From Octopus bimaculoides (taxonomy: Eukaryota), in assembly GCF_001194135.2 (NCBI RefSeq), contig NC_068986.1:77664317-77728316 (forward strand): a DNA stretch of 64,000 nucleotides, read 5' to 3'. Position numbers and translations under genes: made by a program. Below the pieces are notes generated by a model that saw only the letters and a list, made by a program, of their open reading frames with translations, was not told the origin of the DNA and did no database searches. Positions 40,438-51,275 of this stretch are shown one piece after another. How positions within the stretch are numbered: position 1 is the stretch's first letter; each line of letters begins with the position of its first letter.

Positions 40438-40703
40438 TCTAAGTTCATTACAGGAAACGTTTTTGAATATGCATATAAAAGCTTCTGTTTTATTATGCTA
40501 GCTACAGCCTAAAGATACCAACTAGCAATTGCAGGTTTATGGTGTTGTACTGAGCTGTGCTGATATAATGTATGGTAATAATAATAATTTTTTTACTATA
40601 GGCACAAAACCTGAAATTTTAGGGGAGGGACCAGCCTATTACATCGAACCCAATACTCAACTGGTAATTATTTTATCAACCCCAAAAAGATGAAAGGCAA
40701 ATA

Positions 40704-41269
40704 ATAGTAATAATAATCTATGGATGAAATTTATAAATATTTTAATGCATAGTTATGTGTGTTTCCACAAATCATATGTTTCTTTTAATCATAGTCTGTA
40801 TTTTTGGGATGATTACAGTACAATCTATAGATGGTTGCTCAGATGATTTTTCATGGTGTTTGTGGTACCACCAAAGTGTACATATTTTTGTGTACCATTT
40901 TCACTTCACATTTGTAAACTGTATTACTTACCATGCAGTTGTTCTCTTTCCATTACCTTCTATTCCTCCCTACCAAATACAGACAGAACTGCCCACATAC
41001 CCCAACCGACCTTTTGATTGGTGAAAATTGATAAGCATTCTTCAGTTATACATTCATTGCTTCCAACATTAGTGCCATATCACCTGATGAAATGAACACA
41101 TGAATGAAGATTTACCCAATGTCCATGGATACTACAAGCTGTACTGTAATCATCTCTGGAATATGGACTATGATCGTAAGAAACCTGTAACTTGTGGAAA
41201 TGTGTGTAACAGTGCATTAAAATATATTTATAAATTCCATCCATGGATTGTTAATATTATTATTACTAT
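40704..41269. repeat. Fold-back element / MITE-like long inverted repeat (arms about 40704-40830 and 41132-41269)
   Basis: Hand alignment of the arm cores gives 27 substitutions plus a 2-nt indel over about 116 columns (~77%), including a 15-bp perfect core GATGATTACAGTACA. Confidence 0.85.
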
Positions 41270-41399
41270 ATATATATATATNNNNNNNNNNNNNNNNNNN
41301 NNNNNNNNTGTATGAGACTTTCAGTATGTACATTCTGAGGACCTTGCATAAACGATAAATAAATGAATAAATAAAAAATAGCATGCAAACATGTCTTTC

Positions 41400-41432
<33 letters not shown>

Positions 41433-43024
41433 TGTTTAAAATGGAATTTTCATGAGAAAATCAAATTTGTTTCAGGTGTAAATTGGTTCCTTGTTTAATT
41501 ACAGAAATCTCAAATTTTAAAATACACGTAAAAGGTTTTTATGTTCCTTTTCATATTCACTTCCTTTTACAGTTTGTCCAAAAATTAATTCAATAAAATT
41601 GACTATTTTATATCCTACTTATTTAATCAACATGTAAGAAATAGTTGTTGAAGCAGATATTAATTTTATTAGAATATATTTTTACAGTTTTTCTAAACTA
41701 TGCCAAAATAAGCATAAAAAAAACCCAAAGGAAAAACAAAAACAACCAAACAAAACAAAATGCTCAACAAGTATTAACATTGATAATTCTAATATTTATA
41801 TATTATGATTATAATTCAGATAAGTTTTGCTATTTATTATTATAATTATTTTACTTAAATGTTTGAAAGTTTATTTTTCTTGACACAATCAGATAATTTA
41901 TCCATTTTGAAATGATGTCATAAATAAGCATATGTTTACTCAAAGCCAATTCAAATAAAGACACTGACAATAGCAGCAAAAAACAGTAATGATAAAAACA
42001 AAGCAAGCTTCACACAATGGCTGAGGTAACTTTCTGTAATATGTTATTGTGGGTAGGACTGCTGGAATGAAAATAACCATGCAAATTATATTAGACATTC
42101 ATTAACATGCCACTCACATTAGAACATAGAAAATGAGTAAAAGCCCCAAAGACAATGAAAAAGGAATAATTCAAAGCAGAGAGAGAGCGACAGAAAGAGG
42201 GAGTTTAAAAACCTACCTGAAGATATAGGTGACTGAAAAGCTGAAGAGAAATAACAATTTACCAAAAAAAAAAAAAGAAAAATGGGTATATTAGGATGAG
42301 AGCAAGAGGAAACATAAAAAAGTAAAGAATTGGCTGAAATAAGAATTTTCAGTGTGTTACTTTGTAAAGCTTCATCATCGATGGCAGTTTTATATCCTAA
42401 ATGATAGTAGTGTTAGTTTCAAACATGGTGGAAACAGGGTGCATGGGCAGTAATATGAATTTGTTATATTATAAATAGTGATGATTATCATACTGATAAT
42501 AATGATGAGTATAATGATAAAACATCTTGTCTCATTAAATGTTATTAATATTTAATATTATCACTGCCAACACCTTCCTTTGGTTGGGAAGGGTTGGTAG
42601 TTTTCCTCCTGTCTACTGGCTACAGTGAAAGAGGTTGAATGGTGCAGATGATTGAAAAGACTGAAAATAGACACTTTTCTTCTTGATCAACTTCTTCGTG
42701 TATTACTGAGAAAGGAAGATGATGGTATAAAGAGAGAGAGAGAGAGAGAGAGAGTGAGCGAGAGAAAAAAGAAAAAGAAAGTGTGTGTGTGTGTGAGAGA
42801 GAGAGGGAGAGAGAAAGAGGGTATGATTTCCAGTAAGCTTGCTGAAAGGTGGGTGAGAGTGAATGGGCCTGCTCTCAGCTTGCACCTGTAGGCAGGAGAA
42901 TACAACTAGATGAGTATATTCATGGTAGTCTGGGATCTATGAAAAACTCTGGCCCCAGATGGCTGTCCTCTTACTAGTACTTTACCTTTATACTGGTACT
43001 TTTCATGTCTGTTTTTTCATAATC

Positions 43025-43175
43025 AAAGCTCAACTGGTTAAGATCAAACAACTGACAAGCAAATCTGTGGTATTAAGCAGAATATTTGCTGTAGCCCATC
43101 TTTTATACCAGGACAAAACAATGTACATGATAACACTTCCAATCAATTAAGATCAGAAGCCATGAGAGTCACTGC
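43025..43175 (-). mobile_element. 5' fragment of the putative 5S-derived SINE family
   Basis: Nearly identical to 63030-63165. Confidence 0.7.
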
Positions 43176-43231
<56 letters not shown>

Positions 43232-43233
<2 letters not shown>

Positions 43234-43812
43234 GTTGCCTTTGCATAGCTTCTAACGTTGGAGATGTACTATAGGGTCAGCTGTTCACCTTCCAGAGTAT
43301 TCGAGCGGTTCCAAGCAGTGCTGTTTTCTGCAAGTGCTCCACCCTTATTGCAGCCCCTATTTGTTCCATGTACTTCTCAAGATTTTTGCTCACTGTTCAC
43401 AAGGCTCCGACAATTATTGGTACTACTGCTACCTTTTTCATCAACCACAACTGCTTAACTTTCCAAGCTAACCTGTTATATCTCTTGATTTTTCTTTCTT
43501 CCTTATTGCATACCTTGTTGTCAGCTGGGCGTGCTATGTCTATGATTCACCATAGTTTGTTTTCTTTCTCAATTAAGTCTATGTCCAGCTTCCTATTCTC
43601 AATCTCATGGTCGCACTGGATCATAAAATCCCATAGGATCTTTGCATTTCTATTTTCGACAATGCCTTCAGGTTTGTGATTGTACCAATTTTTTGCTCTG
43701 TCAAGTCCATACTTGTTGCAAAGTGTCCAATGGACAAGCCTTGCTATATTGTCATGGCGTCTCTTATATTCGTTCTGGGCTAGTGGCGTACATTGGCTGG
43801 TAATATGCCATA
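43232..43812 (-). mobile_element. 5'-truncated REL-endonuclease non-LTR retrotransposon (R4/Dong-like) flanked on both sides by (TTA)n
   Basis: CTPLAQNEYKRRHDNIARLVHWTLC...KILWDFMIQCDHEIENRKLDIDLIEK (zinc knuckle plus PD-D/E-xK region), ending HLQKTALLGTARIL. (TTA)n at 43177-43233 and 43811-43866. Confidence 0.88.
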
Positions 43813-43889
43813 TTATTATTATTATTATTATTATTATCATCATCATTATTATTATTATTATTATTGTTCAGTAGTTTTATTTTTATAAC

Positions 43890-44218
43890 GTGCTTTTTTG
43901 GGGGCTGATAAAATAAGAACCAGTTGAGCTTGGAAGGTCAATGTAATCAACTAGCCCCTTTTCTGAAAATTTCAGGCCTTGTGCCTATTGTAGAAAGATA
44001 TAAGGTGTTGAGCTGGCAGAATCATTAGCTTGCAGGACAAAATGCTTAGCTGCATTTTGTCTGTCTTTACATTCTGAGTTCAAATGTCACCGAGTTCAAC
44101 TTTGCTTTTCATTATTTTGGGGTTATATGAAATAAGTACCAGTTAAGCACTGGGGTCGATTTAATTGACAAGGCCCTCCTCCTTCAAAGTTTCAGGTCTT
44201 GTGCCTATTGTAGAAAGG

Positions 44219-44263
<45 letters not shown>

Positions 44264-44430
44264 AGGTAGTGAGCTGGCAGAATTGTTGGCATGCCAGGTG
44301 AAATACTTAGTGGTATTTCGTCTGCCACTATGTTCTGAGTTCAAATTCCATCAGGGTTGACTTTGCCTTTCATCCTTTTGTGGTTGATAAATTAAGTACC
44401 AGTGAGATCTTGTGCTTCCAGTAGAAAGAA
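43890..44430 (+). mobile_element. Cluster of tRNA-SINE copies (same family as 38569-38799) separated by (TTA)n
   Basis: Repeated gagctggcagaa..ctgagttcaaat..aagtaccag units. Confidence 0.8.
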
Positions 44431-44951
44431 TTATTATTATTATTATTATTGTTGTTATTATTTTATTATTGTGGTTGTTGTTGTTGTTGTTATAGTTGTT
44501 TGTGAAGCTCTGAAATTTTTGTCCATGTAAGTGTTTGACAATTTTGAGGTAAAAAATGGCTTCAAAATCCTGTGTTCTCCTTAATTAAGGGAGGCACAAA
44601 TAGTTCTCTGACATTCAAAGCTGACAAAGAAATATTGTTGTTAAAAATGTTAACAAATTTGATGTTTGAAACAGAGGAGCCATGGAAAGGAGCCATGACA
44701 TCTGAAGCAGTAGCAGTGTTAAATTTGAACATTTTGCTTGCCAATATGGAAAAGACTGACTTTGCTATTTTCATCAGCAAAATTTTTTTTACCTCTCTTG
44801 TTTCAAAAGAATAGGCAATGGCAATAACAACTATGACAACAATAGTATGGGCAAGCCAAAGATTATTAACAGCAACAACTTGGGCTACAGGAAGTTGGCT
44901 ATGAGGATTAGTTTATTTGCCTGGGTGATAAGACACATAGAAAGATTAGAG

Positions 44952-45289
44952 CAGGGGTTCTCAACCATTTTTTTTTATCTACAGACCCCTTTGATTACTG
45001 TCTTATTCTGGTGGACCCCACCCTCATAGCCATTCAATGTTTAAAAACTAATTTTATAGAAACCTCTTTCAAAATTTCTATTTCGTTTTTGACACATTAA
45101 CTTGTATAGGTTGAATTATGTAAAATGTTTGAGAAAGAAACCTAGCTGTTTCTTGCAATACATGCCAATGCATATATCTAAAGCAAAATATTTTCAGGGG
45201 CCCTTAAAATACTATTGTGGATCCCTATTTACTATTTTATTGCATGGACCTCCCAAAAATCTTATATGGACTCCAGTTGAGAACCACTG
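44952..45289. mobile_element. Complete hAT (Charlie-type) MITE, 338 bp
   Basis: TIRs CAGGGGTTCTCAAC / GTTGAGAACCACTG and a perfect 8-bp TSD GATTAGAG (44944-44951 and 45290-45297) with central TA. Confidence 0.93.
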
Positions 45290-45379
45290 GATTAGAGCTT
45301 GAAAGGGGTAAAAAAAAAAAAACTAAATGAAATAAATGGACTTCTAATGTATCTATGTATAGACATTAAAAGCAAAAAC

Positions 45380-47520
45380 CATAGAAAACTCAATGCTTAT
45401 GCTGGTGGAAAAGTGCCTGAAAGGCATGAAGAAGTTATTAAGCTTCATCATTAGTGATAGGCATTATTCCTCTCTGAGGATGAAGCAAAAAGCCATTCCA
45501 CTGCCTTGGTCAAGAGGGAAGATTTCATTACCATTCCCTTGTACATAGACCAGTGATAGGTGAAGGTAAGAATGGTGTATGTGCTACCCAAAATAAACAA
45601 CTGGTAGCTGGTGACAGCTGTTTTATGTGAAGAAGAAGTGGATATATTTTTAGAGATGTTTAGAGAACTGGTTGGTCCAAACATATCCAGAAATGCTCAA
45701 AAACATTCCTGATCTGACTCAGCTAACAAATGCCACCTAACTGTTTGCAGAGACAGAAAGAAGAAAGTCGATGTGCCTCATATGTAGTGGTACATACCAT
45801 CAAAAGACTTTCTGTATCCAGCTGAAGGGTACTCACACTGCTGTCAACTCTTGAACTATTGCAGCAACAACAACAGCTGTTGCAGTAGCAACGACAATAG
45901 CAATGTCATCAACAGTAACAGAAATTCCCAAATCAACAGCACATCAGCAATATCAGAGACTAACAACACAGCCCAGAACAGTTCCACCACCTGCTCTACA
46001 ATCAAATGAAGACCTCCCTCATGCTGACATTTGTACATGCATTTCTTCCCACATCATTATGTATACCAGGTCTCATGTTGTGCAAAGAAGCCAAGACAAG
46101 CTCATCACAAGAGTTTGTTGCTCATGGGAGAAAGAGGAAGACAGATAAAAGAAGCTACTTCATGCTTAGAGTCAGTAAGTTCCATAGGGCCACAGAAAGC
46201 CAATCAAACAGCAATCACTACTACCAAGAATAATAAAAACAAAAACATAAGATAAACCACAAAGAGAATATAAAAAAATAAAACAAACACAAGAAAAAAC
46301 AATAACATCAGCAGCAACAACACCAATAGCCAAACACATAAAGACCTGCCAACTTGTTCATTTTGTTGTTGTTCAAAAGATTAACTGCGACTTGATTGAG
46401 AAGATAATAAATAACAAAAGCAAACATACCAAAGAGGAGATTTTTGAAAAATTCATGCACAAAACACTCCAACTAAGACTTTTCATACATACATACTCAC
46501 ACACCAACATGACTCTTATATACATACTCACACACTAACATGACTCTCAAATCAAAATATCATTATGATGTAAGATTGTTTCAGAAAAAAGACATTTTAG
46601 GAAGACGTTTTAAGAAACTCTCTCTATTGGGGAAACTAGATTACACACCTTTCTCCAAGTTACCTCTCTCCTTTCTTTTTCTCTCACCAACATAGCCATT
46701 CTCAGTGTAGGATGTATAAATGCACATGCCCTGGAGCTTCCTTGGAAGCAATATTACTTGTTCAATGGTCTCAATCCACTAAATTAAGCTGTGGTAGCCA
46801 TCAACGAGACAAGAATTTCTGGGATTCATTCACACCACTTTTATTATAATGTGTGTGCATCATGAAGCTAGTGAGGATACAGAAGTGCCGGTGGTGGTAA
46901 TGGTGGGTGAGGGGCATTGGCATTTTGGAAGGCTTAGATCTTAAGGTATGGATGATCTTACTGGACCCAGAGATGCTGGATATGAACAGCAGTGAAGACA
47001 CTGTCTTTAAACTAGTAACCATCCGACTGTGGCAAGGTGGCACAACTTTTTCAGTTGTTAAGACCCAGTGATGCTGGATATGAACAGAGATGCTGGATAT
47101 GAACAGAGATGCTGGATATGAACAGCAATGAAGACTCTGTCTTTAGACTAGTTATCATCTAACTGTGGCAAGGTGGCACAACTTTTCAGTTGTTAAGTGT
47201 TTTGGGGAAAATTCTGTTATTTAATAAGTGTTTAGTAACAGTGCACTGAGATTGCAAGGAGTTAACTGAGAGAAGAGGGTGGGTGTAAAGGCCTCACAAA
47301 CACACTCAGGTACATTGGTACCAACTCAGACAGTTGGAACTATCTAATTAGGTGCCAATGGGATTTCCCCAATGTGCTATTGAGAACATGGAATAATTAC
47401 CCTGAAAGAACTGTGAACAGACACTTTCTCCCTTCAGCAGAGCCATCCTTGACCTCTTCAGATTTCACTTGAATAGGTAGGTGGAGATAAAACCTGGAAG
47501 TATTGGTCTTTAGCAAATTT
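45380..47520 (+). mobile_element. Degraded Tx1/L1-like non-LTR element: gag-like ORF1 with CCHC knuckle and ORF2 apurinic-endonuclease start
   Basis: CLICSGTYHQKTFC (C-x2-C-x4-H-x4-C) at 45774-45815; ILSVGCINAHAL...VVAINETR at about 46700-46815; many stops. Confidence 0.6.
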
Positions 47521-48462
47521 GTTGAAAGGTGACTGAAAGTGGCAAGCATGATTCAAGTGGCCTCTTACTGGTACTATATGTTATTAACCCTGAGAGGATG
47601 AAAGACAAAATTGACCTCAGCAGGATCTGAACTCAGAATACAACACTTTAATGATTATGTCAATCGACTACCCAACATAAGTATACTTGGGGTGATTTAG
47701 TTGATTATAGGTCCTCCACCCTACAAGTAGTCATGTATCTAAGAAAAAAATTATTAATACAAGAAGGCTTTGAAGGGTGGTGGATCAGTAAAATTAGTAG
47801 AGTAGTAGAAAAAATGCTTTGCACTAAATAGTTACTACTGAGTTCAAAGTCCACCAAAGCTAACTTTGCTTCCATTCTTTTGGGTTCAACAAAATAAAGT
47901 GTTAGTCAAATACTGGGGTCAATTTAATTGACTAAATCCCAACCTCATTACAATTTGTTGACTTGTGTCTATGTTAGAAAGTAATATTAGAAGTTATTGT
48001 GGTATGATGGCACATTGTTCATTGAGTTGACACTGTAACATAATGTCAACTCCCTCTTCATGTATGTCACTAAAGAAATCGAGAACTCATGAACATCACA
48101 GCAACTCAGGATTCAGGTTATATTTTTTTATGCCCTACTATTTATCCTGCTCTATTTTTGGTAAGGAGGGGAGGAGGGGAAGGGGGCAGTGTTGCTTCTT
48201 TTCAAGAGTGAGATATCTGAGGTACTGCTCCAATCCACATATTTTATTATGTAAGCCTACAGTCATTTGTCAAGTCATGGAAACCTTATTTCCTACTATG
48301 AGGTGAAGATAAAATTTGAACTCAGAAAGTAAAGAACCAGAACAGATACAGTATGGCATCTAATCTAATGTTCTGGCAATTCTACCACATCACTACTCTG
48401 AAACAATACTTTATTTGTCAACCCCACAAAAATGAGAATTGATTCCTGTGAGGCTTTAGTGA

Positions 48463-48795
48463 AGGCATATAGCTCAGTGAGTGTCGGGCTCACAATTCTG
48501 AGGTAGTGAGTTTGATTCCCAGACTGGGCTGTGTGTTGTGTTCTTGAGCAAGACACTTTATTTCATGTTGCCCCAGTTCACTCAGTTGTAGAAATGAATT
48601 GCAATGTCACTGGGGCCAAGTTAGGTCTGCCTTTACCTTTTCTTTGGATAACATCAGTGGCATGGAGAGGGGAGGCTGGTATGCATGGCTGACTGCTGGT
48701 CTTCCATAAACAACCTTGCCCAGACTTGTGTTTTGGAGGGGAACTTGCTAGGTGTAATCCTATGGTCATTCATGACCAAAGGTGGTCTTTACCCT
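48463..48795 (+). mobile_element. tRNA-derived SINE
   Basis: Same family as 37712-38050. Confidence 0.85.
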
Positions 48796-49019
48796 GTGAG
48801 CTTTGAACTCAGAATGCAAGTGTCTATCCAATGGATTAACAACTCTCCTTGCTTACTGCATTTCTCATGACTATAAGAAATCATTACTATGAGTTTTTAT
48901 CATTCTCGTACAAGTAGTAGTTGCAGTAGTAGTATCAACATTAATAGCAGCAACTGTAGCAGTTATAGTTACTAGTAGTAAAATAAACTAGCAAAGAAGA
49001 ATCTTACGAACACTTTCTG

Positions 49020-49264
49020 TTAGAACTTTGGAGATTTTGTTTGAGCCATTTCAGTACATCATCTTTCTCAACATTTGCTTTGCAGTTATGCAATTATTAT
49101 ATTTATTTATTTTCCATCCTCTGCCATTTCTTTGTCAAAGGAACCACTTATTATTGTCCCAATATTTGCTATGAATTCTTTCCTTTTTTCTTAATGCTAT
49201 ATGAGGGTTTGCCGTTGGTACTTTCTCAGTTTCTGTAGCTTCTTTTCATAAATATTCATTATCA

Positions 49265-49314
<50 letters not shown>

Positions 49315-50230
49315 GTTATTATTATTATCATTAGTATTCACTTTATGTATATTGAAAATATTGTAGACATATTATATATATGTGTGTATGAGTGTATATA
49401 TGTGTACATATATACACATGTGGATCTATATGTATGTAGGNNNNNNNNNNNNNNNNNNNNNNNNNNNNNNNNNNNNNNNNNNNNNNNNNNNNNNNNNNNN
49501 NNNNNNNNNNNNNNNNNNNNNNNNNNNNNNNNNNNNNNNNNNNNNNNNNNNATATATATATGCATGCGTGCTCACACACACACACATGTATACGTTTTGG
49601 AATTATCTTCAAATATTTGATGTGGCTGGCTTTTAATGGTGGGTTTTGTATTTTACAAAGTTTCAGTACGTCTTATTATTTTCTCAGGCATTGTTTCTAG
49701 TTCTATACAAAACTGAATTTCTTCCTATTAATCCCACCTGACTCATCCAAGTCTCTTCTAAAAACTATCATTGTATTGTTATATCTTTTTATGTTAAGAG
49801 TACTTTCTATCCAGACAATACATGATGGACTGGTTCCTTTTATTTTCCATTTCATGGCTTGCACACATTGGATGTCAGTTTTATTTCTTTGATACTCTAA
49901 ATTCAATCAATTTTCTAGTCTATTGATGAAGGGAAAAGTTTCCTTGAAATCCAAGTTAAAGCTCAACTAGCCATGGATTTTAAAATCTAATTTGTCAAAC
50001 ATTTTCTTCTGGAAAGATGTATTATTATACTATTTTCAATCCTTAACTATTCTGTGTTCTTTTGAAGTATTATTTTCATATTGCATTAGAAATTCCATTC
50101 TTTCCAAATCCAGTCTGATTTTTATATTATCAACTTCTACATTGTACACAGCTTAACATGTCATCTATTTCTCTTTCTTTTTATTTTTCTTTCTTCCATG
50201 CCATGTTGATTACACAATATTGATGTCTCT
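49020..50230 (-). mobile_element. Ancient LINE fragments interrupted by microsatellites and a gap
   Basis: Weak ETE-like and endonuclease-like broken frames; class uncertain. Confidence 0.3.
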
Positions 50231-51185
50231 ACAAACCCAAGTGGACTGTGAAACCAGTGTGTGGCCCTGATTACTTAGTGCTGAGCGATGAGAAATAAAT
50301 ATCACACAGGATAGAATTCCAAAAGTAACAGTTTTATGTAAAATTAAGTCTTAATCATTTATGACAGGAGCTGCTACTTCAATATTTTATCCAATTAGAT
50401 ATTTCAACTCTAATGTCATACTTTCACAGTGTGATATAGCATGATATTTCTACTTATATGTGTATTTGCAAGATCCAGATATGTTTCATTACTTACCAGA
50501 TCACTATATAAGAAACTAGCAATAATATTTGGCCTTGCCTGGGCTTATGATTTTCTTGATATGTGCTCCTTTACAAAAAATTCTGCTACTTAGAGGCAAG
50601 CCATGGTCTACAACTTACAGCATACATACATGCATACATACATGTATAGGTACATACACACATACTTTGTTAGAACTATGTTGATGTTTTGCAGAGAACC
50701 TAATCAGATGCATTACATTGTCTAGCTTGGTGCTTCATAATGTCAGTTCAAAGCATATCAAATCTGAAGTTATCTTTAATCACTGAAAAGTGAACAATTA
50801 CGTGCCATTTCCTTTGTATTTTGTACAGTATTTTATTAATTTATTCAGTATTTTATTAATCCTCATTAGTAGGCAGGACTAGTGTGACATTAATGAAGTA
50901 TGTAAATTATACTTAGAATGACATGTATAAAATGTGTGCTGTAACTAGCAATGCTACATTTTGGTGGATGAAGAGAGTATGTATGTTATGAAGTAAATCA
51001 TTTGTATCTTTGTGTTTTTGTTCTCTGTTGACAGTTTGTTTATTATTATGGATAGTTAATGTTTACTCTCATTCATATCTTCAGTTGAAAATGCCTAGTA
51101 CTTTGATTTCTCTAAGAATACTTTCTAGACTTTAATACGTGGCAAATTGAAAGACCTATTAAAGTGAAAGCTAAATACTCTGTGG

Positions 51186-51275
51186 TAGTTGTTCCAGTTG
51201 TAGTTGTTCCAGTTGTAGTTGTTCCAGTAGTAGTTGTTCCAGTAGTAGTTGTTCCAGTGGTAGTTGTTTCAGTTT
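51186..51275. repeat. 15-bp minisatellite (TAGTTGTTCCAGTNG) x6
   Basis: Directly visible tandem units. Confidence 0.9.

Noticed and set aside
41075-41115. CTGATGA inside the fold-back element (similar hits at about 38300, 52897 and 60997)
   Set aside because: There is no proper GAAA with stem I and stem III closure.
41080-41184. Exon-like segment on the minus strand (VSYDHSPYSRDDYSTACSIHGHW or FLTIIVHIPEMITVQL)
   Set aside because: It is the right arm of the 40.7-41.3 kb inverted repeat, so it is more likely a repeat than an exon.
44540-44814. Overlapping 72-80 codon ORFs on both strands
   Set aside because: No splice sites, start context or recognisable motif; probably an old repeat relic.
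49915-49980. TTGATGA-hairpin-GAAA hammerhead-like string
   Set aside because: The core is mutated, stem I is out of register, and it lies within an apparent LINE coding relic; probably chance.
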